DNA from: an uncultured Gammaproteobacteria bacterium
Lineage (GTDB): Bacteria; Patescibacteriota; Microgenomatia; Levybacterales; UBA12049
NCBI GenBank assembly: GCA_964408825.1
Contig: CAYPAU010000001.1
Coordinates: 76,789-140,788 of the forward strand
Direction of reading: 5' to 3'
DNA: 64,000 bases
Shown here: piece by piece, positions 1 through 8,831 of the stretch
Layout of the letters: each line of letters opens with the position of its first letter
Position numbering within the stretch: position 1 is the first letter of the stretch
Program-made: the position numbers and the translations under genes
The notes under the pieces: generated by a model
What the model was told of the DNA's origin: nothing
Databases searched by the model: none
Seen by the model: only the letters and a program-made list of their open reading frames with translations

Positions 1-61
1 AAAGGAGGTCTTTTTTTGTGACCCTTCTAGATATTCAGGGTCATATTGAAGAATTTGAAAT

Positions 62-796
62 ATGAAAGGTGTAATTTTAGCAGGCGGTCTTGCAACCAGA
101 CTTAGACCGCTCACTTCGATTACGAATAAGCATCTTCTTCCTGTTTATAACAAGCCAATGATTTTTTATCCTCTTGAGGCTATGGTAAAAGCCGGAATAA
201 AGGAAGTTTTGATAAATAGCTCTCCGGATCATGCTGGACATTTTGCGAATCTGCTTAAATCGGGGGATGACTTTGGGCTCAAGATTTATTATGGCGTTCA
301 GCAAAATGCAAAAGGAATTGCGGACGGCATTTCTTATGCAAGAGAATTTGCTAAAGATGAAAAAATTTTAGTAATTCTTGGAGACAACATTTTTAATACC
401 AACCTTAAACCAACTATAGAAAAATTTGAGAAGAGAGAAAAGGGAGCAGTTATTTATGGAGTAAAGATGTCAACCGGTTCTCAGCAATATGGAGTGATAG
501 AGATCGATGATGACGGAACTGTTTTATCTATTGAGGAAAAGCCACGGAGTCCTAAGTCTGACATAGTGCAAACCGGGATATATATGTATGATGATAGAGT
601 CTTTGATTTTATTGGAAGACTAAAGCCCTCCGCAAGAGATGAACTTGAGGTTACAGATCTCAACAATATTTATCTTGAGGAAGGAACTCTTCAATGTGAG
701 CTTTTGGATTGGTGGGTTGATGCAGGAACATCCTATGACGAACTTTTAAGAGCCAATAATCTAGTTGCCGAGAAAGTCAAAAATGGCGAGTTATAA
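62..796 (+). CDS. rfbA: Glucose-1-phosphate thymidylyltransferase (RmlA/RfbA-like sugar nucleotidyltransferase)
   Basis: N-terminal GVILAGGLATRLRPLT..NKHLLPVYNKPMI, LGDN, EKP and ELEVTD motifs; heads an operon with rfbB/rfbD. Confidence 0.88.
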   Translation: MKGVILAGGLATRLRPLTSITNKHLLPVYNKPMIFYPLEAMVKAGIKEVLINSSPDHAGHFANLLKSGDDFGLKIYYGVQQNAKGIADGISYAREFAKDEKILVILGDNIFNTNLKPTIEKFEKREKGAVIYGVKMSTGSQQYGVIEIDDDGTVLSIEEKPRSPKSDIVQTGIYMYDDRVFDFIGRLKPSARDELEVTDLNNIYLEEGTLQCELLDWWVDAGTSYDELLRANNLVAEKVKNGEL

Positions 797-801
797 ATTT
801 T

Positions 802-1272
802 ATGATTGTTTGTGAATTTGAAAACGGCGGAAAAGGAAATCTTCGACATGTCACAGTTGGCGCAATTGCAATTAATAATAAACAAGAGGTGCTTCTTATA
901 AAACGTGCCAGCTCCCACAGATTTGGAACATATACCATTCCGGGAGGATTCTTAGATCGAGATGAAAACACTGAGAAGGCAACCCTAAGGGAATTAAAAG
1001 AGGAGACAGGATATAACGGTGAAATTGTTAATCTGTTCCGTGTTAACGACAATCCCAAAAGACCCAAGGAAGATCGACAAAATGTTGATTTTTTATATAT
1101 CGTAAAAATAACAAGTGGTAAACCAATGCTAAATAAAGAAGTATCTGAGGTTGGTTGGTTTGACGAAACCAGTCTTCCATCTGAGGAAGAATTTGCATTT
1201 GATCATAGAGACTCGATTCTTAGGTATTTTGATCATCTAGAGCAACCAATCAGTCTTCCAATATTAGGATAA
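802..1272 (+). CDS. NUDIX hydrolase
   Basis: Nudix box PGGFLDRDENTEKATLRELKEETG; C-terminal AFDH motif. Confidence 0.9.
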   Translation: MIVCEFENGGKGNLRHVTVGAIAINNKQEVLLIKRASSHRFGTYTIPGGFLDRDENTEKATLRELKEETGYNGEIVNLFRVNDNPKRPKEDRQNVDFLYIVKITSGKPMLNKEVSEVGWFDETSLPSEEEFAFDHRDSILRYFDHLEQPISLPILG

Positions 1273-1273
1273 T

Positions 1274-2284
1274 ATGAAAATTTTGGTGACCGGAGGAGCC
1301 GGTTTTATCGGTTCGAATTTTATAATTTACTGGATGAAGAATCATCCGGATGATTTTGTAGTTAATTTTGATGCCCTAACATATGCAGGAAATTTAGAAA
1401 ATTTAAAGGAAGTTCAAAATAATTCGAATTACTCGTTTGTAAAGGGAAATATAGTTCAATCAAATGAGGTTGCATCTGTGATTGAGGGGGTAGATATCGT
1501 TGTTCACTTTGCAGCAGAAAGCCATGTAGATCGATCTATCTTAGGTCCTCAGCCTTTTATATTAAGCAATGTAGTTGGAACTCAGGTGTTGCTGGATGTT
1601 GCCCGTCAGAACAATGTTAAGCGCTTTCATCATATATCCACAGATGAAGTATTTGGAAGCCTTAATCTTGGTGATTCGAAGAAATTTAATGAACGAACAA
1701 GATATGATCCCAGAAGTCCGTATTCTGCAAGTAAAGCCGGATCAGATCATATTGTGAGAGCATATTACCATACGTATAATTTTCCTATCACTATTACTAA
1801 TTGTTCTAATAACTTTGGGCCCTATCAGTTCCCGGAAAAATTAATCCCTCTTGCTATAACAAATTTACTCGAAAATAAAAAGGTTCCGATATACGGGGAC
1901 GGACTTTATGTAAGAGACTGGCTTTACGTTGAGGACCACTGTCGCGCAATTGAAGTTGTTTTACAAAAAGGAAAGATAGGAGAAACTTATTGCGTAGGTG
2001 GATTAACAGAGGATATTAATAATCTAGAGGTCGTGAAAAAAATAATAAAGATTTTGGGCAAGGATGAAAGCTATATAGAGTTCGTAAAGGATAGACAGGG
2101 GCACGACAGAAGGTATGCTGTTGACTGGTCGAAAATAAAAAATGAACTTGGCTGGTTTCCTCTTCATAGCTTTGACGAGTGGCTTGAGAAAACAATAGGA
2201 TGGTATAAAGAAAATAAAAAATGGTGGCAGGATGTAAAAAACGGAGAATACAAGAATTATTATAAAAAGCAATATGGATCATGA
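1274..2284 (+). CDS. rfbB: dTDP-glucose 4,6-dehydratase
   Basis: GGAGFIG, HFAAESHVDRSI, STDEVFG, YSASK, NCSNNFGPYQFPEKLIP, GHDRRYA motifs. Confidence 0.97.
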   Translation: MKILVTGGAGFIGSNFIIYWMKNHPDDFVVNFDALTYAGNLENLKEVQNNSNYSFVKGNIVQSNEVASVIEGVDIVVHFAAESHVDRSILGPQPFILSNVVGTQVLLDVARQNNVKRFHHISTDEVFGSLNLGDSKKFNERTRYDPRSPYSASKAGSDHIVRAYYHTYNFPITITNCSNNFGPYQFPEKLIPLAITNLLENKKVPIYGDGLYVRDWLYVEDHCRAIEVVLQKGKIGETYCVGGLTEDINNLEVVKKIIKILGKDESYIEFVKDRQGHDRRYAVDWSKIKNELGWFPLHSFDEWLEKTIGWYKENKKWWQDVKNGEYKNYYKKQYGS

Positions 2285-2400
2285 CCACCCCTCGTTAAAA
2301 CTCCGGATTGGTCATGCTCCGAAGCTTGCAGTTTAAGTTTTTACAGATTTAGAACAATCAAAAACGATTAATGGAATTAAGTAATAGCGTAGGAGCATGA
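2281..2400. mobile_element. MITE-like double-hairpin element between two ATGA tetramers
   Basis: Bounded by ATGA at 2281-84 and 2397-400; similar to 4591-4706 and to the leader of the GIY-YIG cassette at 27731. Confidence 0.6.
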
Positions 2401-3308
2401 AGATAATAGGAACAGGACTTACGGGACTTGTGGGGTCCCGAGTTGCAGAGCTTTTAAAAGATAAATATGAATTTGTAAATTTTAGCAGAAGAAGTGGTAA
2501 TGACATAACTGACAAGAATGAAGTTTTTAATTTTCTAGGATCATCAGACGCGCCCCTCGTAATTCATCTTGCAGCAAAAACAGACGTAGATGATTGCGAA
2601 AAGGATAAAGAAGAAGATAGTAAAATATTGGGATATAAAGATATTAAGGAACAGGAAGAGGAATTTAAAATAAAGAAAACGGCTTGGGCAGTTAATGTTT
2701 TAGGAACAAAAAATATTGTTGACGCATGCAGAAAAACTAAGAAAAAATTAATATACATATCAACCGACTTTGTCTTCGACGGGACAAAAGATTTTTACAA
2801 AGAGGAAGATACCCCAAACCCGATTAATTGGTATGGAAAAACAAAATATGAAGGGGAGAAACTGGTTTCTTCTTCGGAAATTCCGAATGCGATAATAAGA
2901 ATTTCGTATCCCTATAGAGCAAAATTTCCCAAAAAAGATTTTATAAGAGTTTTAATTGATCTTTTGGCAAATGGTAAATCTTTAAGAATGGTAAGCGATC
3001 AGATTATTACACCGACATTTATAGACGATCTTGATTTTGTTTTCGACTATTTTCTTAAAAACCAAACGGAAGGTGTTTTTCACGCATGCGGAGGGGACTC
3101 TCTGACTCCTTTTGAAATAGTAAATAAAATTGCTGAAGTTTTTGGTTTTAATAAAAATTTAATATCAAAAACAATAAGGAAAGAATTTTTCAGAGGAAGA
3201 GCAGAACGCCCTTAACATCTTCTTATGAAAAATGATAAAATTAACAAATTGGTAATAAAATTCAAAAGACTTGAAGAAGGCATTTTAGAAACGAGAAAAC
3301 AAATATGA
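2397..3308 (+). pseudogene. rfbD: dTDP-4-dehydrorhamnose reductase with in-frame TAA at 3213-3215 (pseudogene or consequence of a sequence error)
   Basis: GLTGLVG, STDFVFDG, YGKTK, SDQIITPT motifs; frame continues past the TAA (HLLMKNDKINKL...RKQI) to a TGA at 3306-3308 that overlaps the ugd ATG. Confidence 0.8.
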
Positions 3309-4594
3309 CAATAACTTTCATCGGCCACGGATATGTTGGACTTGTTACAGCATCCATCTTTGCAGATTTAGGCAATAAGGTTTGGGTGATTGGCAGGGAC
3401 CCTAAGAAAATAAAAGATCTTAAAAAAGGAAAATCTCCATTCTTTGAACCCGGACTTGAAGAACTTGTAAAACGAAATATTAGAGCAAAGAGGCTTTTTT
3501 TTACGCTTGATTATAAGCCTTCAGTTTCGGATTCAGACATAGTTTTCATAGCCGTTGGAACTCCACCGAATAAAACAGGCGATGCAGAACTTCTTGGAGT
3601 TTTCGCCGTTGCGGAAAATATTGGAAAAAATCTGAAAGGTTATACGGTTATTGCTACAAAAAGCACGGTTCCTCCCGGCACAAATAAAAGAATAAAACAA
3701 TTGATAGATGAAGTTAAGCCTCATGAAGCAACATTCGACATCGCATCGGTTCCTGAGTTTCTTCGTGAAGGAACAGCGATTCAAGACACCTTGGCGCCCG
3801 ACAGGATTGTTATAGGAACCGAAAATAAAAGAGCCCAGAATTTGCTTATTGAACTTCATAAGCCTATCGACAGACAGTTTGTTCTAACAAATCTTGAGAC
3901 AGCGGAGCTCATTAAATATGCATCAAATTCATTTTTGGCCACTAAAATTTCATTTGCAAATGCGATAGCAAAATTATCAGAACTAGTCGGAGCAGATGGT
4001 ATTGCCGTTATTGAAGGACTAGGTCTGGACAAAAGGATTGGCAATGAATTTCTTGCTCCAGGTCCTGGCTACGGCGGAAGCTGTTTCCCAAAAGACGTAA
4101 AAGCCCTAATTGCAATCGCCAAGAATTATGATTATAGCTTTGCTTTACTTGATGAGGTAGAAAAAATTAATGGACAGGCAAAGCGCGATATCGTTAGAAA
4201 AGCAAGAAAATTGCTGACAGATTTAAACAAAAAGACCATTGGAATATTGGGTCTTTCCTTCAAACCCAATACCGATGACATGCGGGATGCTCAGTCTGTC
4301 GATATTATAGAAATGTTAAAGCAAGAAAGAGCAAGTATTAAAGCTTTTGACCCTCAAGCTATGGCAAATGCAAAAAGAATCATAACTAACGTTGAATTTT
4401 GCGATAACGTTTACGATGTAGCCAAGGGATCAGATGCACTTATTATTATTACAGATTGGAACGAATTTAAAGAACTTGATTTTAAAAAAATAAAAAAACT
4501 CATGAAAAACCTTATTATTATCGATGGAAGGAATATTTATAATCCTGAAAAAATGAGGGAATTAGGTTTCACCTATGTTGGAATTGGAAGATGA
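3305..4594 (+). CDS. ugd: UDP-glucose/GDP-mannose 6-dehydrogenase
   Basis: GHGYVG, AVGTP, KSTVPPGT, PEFLREG, GYGGSCFPKD, SFKPNTDDMR motifs. Confidence 0.95.
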   Translation: MTITFIGHGYVGLVTASIFADLGNKVWVIGRDPKKIKDLKKGKSPFFEPGLEELVKRNIRAKRLFFTLDYKPSVSDSDIVFIAVGTPPNKTGDAELLGVFAVAENIGKNLKGYTVIATKSTVPPGTNKRIKQLIDEVKPHEATFDIASVPEFLREGTAIQDTLAPDRIVIGTENKRAQNLLIELHKPIDRQFVLTNLETAELIKYASNSFLATKISFANAIAKLSELVGADGIAVIEGLGLDKRIGNEFLAPGPGYGGSCFPKDVKALIAIAKNYDYSFALLDEVEKINGQAKRDIVRKARKLLTDLNKKTIGILGLSFKPNTDDMRDAQSVDIIEMLKQERASIKAFDPQAMANAKRIITNVEFCDNVYDVAKGSDALIIITDWNEFKELDFKKIKKLMKNLIIIDGRNIYNPEKMRELGFTYVGIGR

Positions 4595-4706
4595 GCCTCC
4601 TTTGTTAAAACTTCGGATGGATCATGTCCCCGAAGCTTTAGTAATTTTTATGAGTAGAACATTTTGGAAAATAAAAAAAAATACGAGAGAGCGCGAAGGG
4701 GCATGA
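4591..4706. mobile_element. Second MITE-like double-hairpin element between two ATGA tetramers
   Basis: Bounded by ATGA at 4591-94 and 4703-06; first ~48 bp align with 2281-2327. Confidence 0.6.
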
Positions 4707-5662
4707 AGAAAGTTTTGATAACGGGAGTCTCTGGTTTTGCAGGCAGTTTCTTAGCAGAAAGGCTTGTTTCAGAAAATAATGTAGATGTATATGGCGTATA
4801 TTTAAATGAAAAAACTCTTTCTAACTTAAGTTCAATAAGAGATAGAGTAAAACTTCTAAGGCTTGATCTGTCCGATGGAAAAGGAGTTTTAAAGCTCATT
4901 GGGGAGGAAAAACCAGATTATATATATCATTTGGCAGCCTTACCTTCTTCCGGGGAAAGCTTTGAGATGCCCTACCACACTTTTCAAAGTAATGTACAGC
5001 CTGAAATAAATATTCTTGAAGCTTTGCGTAAATTAGATTTAAATTCTACTAGAGTGATGATTGTCTCATCCGCTGAAATCTATGGGTTGGTGGCCAAAAA
5101 AGATTTGCCAATTGATGAAAATACCCCCTTTAATCCGACTAACCCTTATGCAGTATCAAAACTTGCTCAGGATTTTTTAGGTCTTCAATATTTTTTGTCA
5201 CATAAACTTCAGATTATCAGAGTTCGTCCCTTCAATCATATTGGTCCAAGACAATCTTCTGATTTTGTTGTTTCAGCTTTTGCAAAAAAAATTGCAGAAA
5301 TAGAAAAAGGAAAAAGAGAGCCAATTTTACCGGTGGGTAATTTAGAAAGTTCAAGAGATTTTACAGACGTTAGGGATATGGTAAGAGCCTACCATCTTGC
5401 TATAGAAAAAGGGGAAGTTGGAGATGTATACAATATCGGATCAGGAAAATCTTACAAGATTTCTGAAATTCTTAGGAGATTATTATTGCTTTCAAGAGTA
5501 AATATCAAAATTGAAACTGATAAAATTCTCCTAAGGCCTTCAGATAATCCCATTCTTCTATGCGATAAAACGAAGTTCTCAAATCTTACAGGTTGGGAGT
5601 TAAGGATTCCAATAGAAAAGACACTGAAAGATACGCTTGAGTATTGGAGAAATATAATTTAA
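4703..5662 (+). CDS. NAD-dependent epimerase/dehydratase, GDP-4-keto-6-deoxymannose reductase (Rmd)-like
   Basis: MKKVLITGVSGFAG, SSAEIYG, YAVSK, RPFNHIGPRQS, RDFTDVRD; adjacent to gmd; start reassigned to ATG 4703. Confidence 0.85.
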   Translation: MKKVLITGVSGFAGSFLAERLVSENNVDVYGVYLNEKTLSNLSSIRDRVKLLRLDLSDGKGVLKLIGEEKPDYIYHLAALPSSGESFEMPYHTFQSNVQPEINILEALRKLDLNSTRVMIVSSAEIYGLVAKKDLPIDENTPFNPTNPYAVSKLAQDFLGLQYFLSHKLQIIRVRPFNHIGPRQSSDFVVSAFAKKIAEIEKGKREPILPVGNLESSRDFTDVRDMVRAYHLAIEKGEVGDVYNIGSGKSYKISEILRRLLLLSRVNIKIETDKILLRPSDNPILLCDKTKFSNLTGWELRIPIEKTLKDTLEYWRNII

Positions 5663-5674
5663 AATCTATAAAAC

Positions 5675-6649
5675 ATGGCAAAAAAAGCTTTGATTACCGG
5701 AATTACTGGGCAAGATGGTTCATATCTTGCATAACTATTATTGTCCAAGGGCTATAGGGTTTTTGGGCTAACGAGACGGACAAGCACGATAAATTTTGAG
5801 CGAATTAAAAATATCGAAGATAAGATAACTTTAATTCAAGGAGATCTTCTCGATCAAAGCTCATTGTCGTCTGCTATTTTGGAATCAGAACCAGATGAAG
5901 TTTACAATCTCGCTGCTCAATCATTTGTTAAAACCTCCTGGAATCAGCCTGTTTTAACCGGTGAATTTACAGCATTGGGAGTAACAAGGCTTCTTGAAGC
6001 AATTCGTGCAGTTAATCCTAAGATTAAATTTTATCAGGCTTCTTCTTCTGAAATGTTTGGTAAGGTTACCGAAACTCCCCAGAAAGAAACTACAAGATTT
6101 CATCCAAGAAGTCCATACGGAGTTGCAAAGGTTTATGGACATTATATTACATTAAACTATAGAGAAAGTTATGAAATGTTTGCATGTTCTGGGATTTTCT
6201 TTAATCACGAGTCTCCAAGACGAGGACTCGAGTTTGTAACAAGAAAAATAAGTCATGCAGTTGCCCGAATCAGTCTTGGAAAACAAAAGATACTTGAGCT
6301 TGGCTCTCTTGAGCCAAAAAGAGATTGGGGATATGCAGGAGATTATGTTGAAGCAATGTGGCTTATGCTGCAGCAAGAAAAGGCGGATGATTTCGTAATA
6401 GCAACCGGAGAAAACCACAGCGTCAAAGAATTTGTTGAGCTTGCTTTTGCCTTCGTTAAGATAAAAGATTGGCAAAAGCATGTTAAGTCAGATGTAAATG
6501 AACATTTAAGACCGGCAGAAGTGGATTATCTTATAGGCGATGCAAGTAAGGCAAGAAAAGTTCTGGGATGGAAACCTGAGACAGGCTTTAAAGAATTAGT
6601 TGAGCTTATGGTAGAAGCTGATATTGAAAGGGAAAAGGGCACTAAGTGA
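5675..6649 (+). pseudogene. gmd: GDP-mannose 4,6-dehydratase with in-frame TAA at codon 20 (5732-5734)
   Basis: [26 protein letters not shown]; downstream motifs intact ([36 protein letters not shown]). Confidence 0.88.
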
Positions 6650-7617
6650 TAATGAAGACAGCTCTTGTGGCCGGAGGAGCAGGTTTTATGGGCTCTCATC
6701 TTTGCAAAAAACTCCTCGATAAAAATTTCAGGGTAATATGCTTAGATAATTTAGTAACCGGAAATGATGGTGTCATTAAAAAATTTCTTTCCGCAAAAAA
6801 TTTTAAATTTTTAAAAGCAAATGTTAGTGATAGCAAAGATCTAAAAAACTTAAATGATGTAAGTTTTATATTTCATTTGGCCTCTCCCGCATCTCCGAGT
6901 CAAAAAAGTCCGAGAAGTTATCTTGCCTTCCCCATAGAGACTCTTCTAGCAAACTCATTGGGCACTTATAACTTACTCAATATTGCAAAAAATTCAAATG
7001 CAAAATTTCTTTATGCGTCTTCGTCTGAAGTTTATGGAGATCCAAAGGTTTCTCCTCAGGGAGAAGATTATTTTGGAAATGTAAATCCAGTTGGAATTCG
7101 TTCGGTCTACGATGAAGGAAAAAGATTTGGTGAGGCAATCACTATGGCATATGTTAGAAAATTCAACACAGACGCAAGAATAATAAGAATATTTAATACT
7201 TTTGGTCCAAACATGAGGAATGATGATGGACGGGTCATCTCAAACTTTATAAATCAGGCGATTAGAAACGAACCTCTTACAGTTTATGGGGACGGAAAAC
7301 AAACCAGAAGTGTATGCTATATAGATGATCTTATTGAGGGGTTACTGCTTTCAATGTTTTCCGATAAAACAAAGGGAGAAGTTATTAATCTTGGAAATTC
7401 TGAAGAAAAAACAATTATTGAGCTCGCAAACCTAATAAAAAAATTGACCAATTCTAATTCCGAGATTATTTTTGAGCCACTTCCCGATGATGATCCTAAG
7501 CAAAGAAAGCCTAACATAGAGAAAGCAAAAAGACTTCTTTCTTGGAAACCAAAAGTGGATATTGACCAAGGACTTTTAGAAACAATAGAATATTTTGAGA
7601 AGATAAAAAATAGCTGA
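6646..7617 (+). CDS. UDP-glucuronate decarboxylase (UDP-xylose synthase)-like SDR
   Basis: [49 protein letters not shown] motifs. Confidence 0.9.
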   Translation: MIMKTALVAGGAGFMGSHLCKKLLDKNFRVICLDNLVTGNDGVIKKFLSAKNFKFLKANVSDSKDLKNLNDVSFIFHLASPASPSQKSPRSYLAFPIETLLANSLGTYNLLNIAKNSNAKFLYASSSEVYGDPKVSPQGEDYFGNVNPVGIRSVYDEGKRFGEAITMAYVRKFNTDARIIRIFNTFGPNMRNDDGRVISNFINQAIRNEPLTVYGDGKQTRSVCYIDDLIEGLLLSMFSDKTKGEVINLGNSEEKTIIELANLIKKLTNSNSEIIFEPLPDDDPKQRKPNIEKAKRLLSWKPKVDIDQGLLETIEYFEKIKNS

Positions 7618-7690
7618 ATGGCTAAATAGCTAGACGGTTAAGATTTGTACACTTTGAAAACTATTTGACCGTTCAGCCATTTTAGCTATT
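7609..7690. repeat. Two inverted arrays of degenerate 8-bp repeats
   Basis: AATAGCTG AATGGCTA AATAGCTA GACGGTTA ... AACTATTT GACCGTTC AGCCATTT TAGCTATT. Confidence 0.7.
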
Positions 7691-7697
7691 CTGTTTT

Positions 7698-8831
7698 ATG
7701 AAGGTAGCTATTATAAACCCCACTTATAACGAAAAAGGTAATATTGACCGCCTTATCCCAACTCTTGAGAACGAAATTTTTCCAAAAATAAAAAATCACG
7801 ATATGCACATTTTAGTTGCAGATGACAATTCTCCAGATGGAACAGAAAAAGAAGTAAGAGAACTTATGGGGAAATGGAAAAACATAGATATCTCCTCGGG
7901 CGAGAAGCTTGGCTTGGGTGCGGCATATATAAGAGGAATGACCTACGCAATTGAGAAGATGGGGGCAGATGTTGTTTTTGAAATGGATGCTGATCTTCAG
8001 CATGATCCCGAAAAAATACCCGAATTTCTCAAAAAGATTGACGATGGATACGACATGGTTATCGGCAATAGATACAGTGATGGAGGATCGATTCCCAAAA
8101 ATTGGCCAATTTTGAGAAAAATATTTTCAGTTGTAGCAAATCTCTTTGTAAGAACCATATTTATGAAATTTTCAATCCATGATTGGACAGGAGGATACAG
8201 GGCTCTTAAAAAAGAAGTATTTCTAAGAGAAAAAGAAGAATTAACAAATTATAAAGGTTACATTTTTCAGATATCTTTTCTTCACAAAGCCGTAAGAGAC
8301 GGATTTAAAATAGGTGAGGTTCCTTTCCACTTTTCAGATAGAAATCTTGGTAAATCAAAAATTGCTCCCTTAGGATACATTATTGAGGTATTCAAATTTG
8401 TAATTTCAACCAGAATGAAAGAAATACTCCTTGGAAAATTTGGTAAATTTCTGGTAGTTGGGGGTACGGGTTTTATAATTAATGCAGTAGTATTAAGAGT
8501 TCTGGTTGAGATTTTCGGATGGGATGCTTCACTAGCTAATTTAGTTGGTGCGGCTTTGGCAATATTTTCTAATTATAATTTTAATAATCTCTGGACATTT
8601 GGGGAGAATAAGGCATCTACTATTTCAAGTTACTTTATCAAGATGGCACAATTTTATCTAACTTCCTCGTTTGGCGTTATCTTTATCCAAACAGGAACAA
8701 TATTCCTGGGACAGCGCCTAATCGGAGAAAATTATTACTTTATATATTTTTTAATAGGCACCTTCTTCCTTCTTATTTGGAACTTTACGGTATATAATAA
8801 AATCATCTGGCGCAAGAAGGCTCCTAAATGA
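7698..8831 (+). CDS. Polyprenol-phosphate mannose synthase (DPM1-like GT2) fused to a GtrA-like domain
   Basis: PTYNE, DDNSPDGT, GLGAAY, EMDADLQHDP; C-terminal 4-TM GtrA pattern (KFLVVGGTG...NYNFNNLWTF). Confidence 0.88.
   Translation: MKVAIINPTYNEKGNIDRLIPTLENEIFPKIKNHDMHILVADDNSPDGTEKEVRELMGKWKNIDISSGEKLGLGAAYIRGMTYAIEKMGADVVFEMDADLQHDPEKIPEFLKKIDDGYDMVIGNRYSDGGSIPKNWPILRKIFSVVANLFVRTIFMKFSIHDWTGGYRALKKEVFLREKEELTNYKGYIFQISFLHKAVRDGFKIGEVPFHFSDRNLGKSKIAPLGYIIEVFKFVISTRMKEILLGKFGKFLVVGGTGFIINAVVLRVLVEIFGWDASLANLVGAALAIFSNYNFNNLWTFGENKASTISSYFIKMAQFYLTSSFGVIFIQTGTIFLGQRLIGENYYFIYFLIGTFFLLIWNFTVYNKIIWRKKAPK

Noticed and set aside
4664-4702. N-terminal extension MENKKKYERARRG of the rmd-like ORF
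   Set aside because: It lies inside the inserted element; the Rossmann motif starts at ATG 4703
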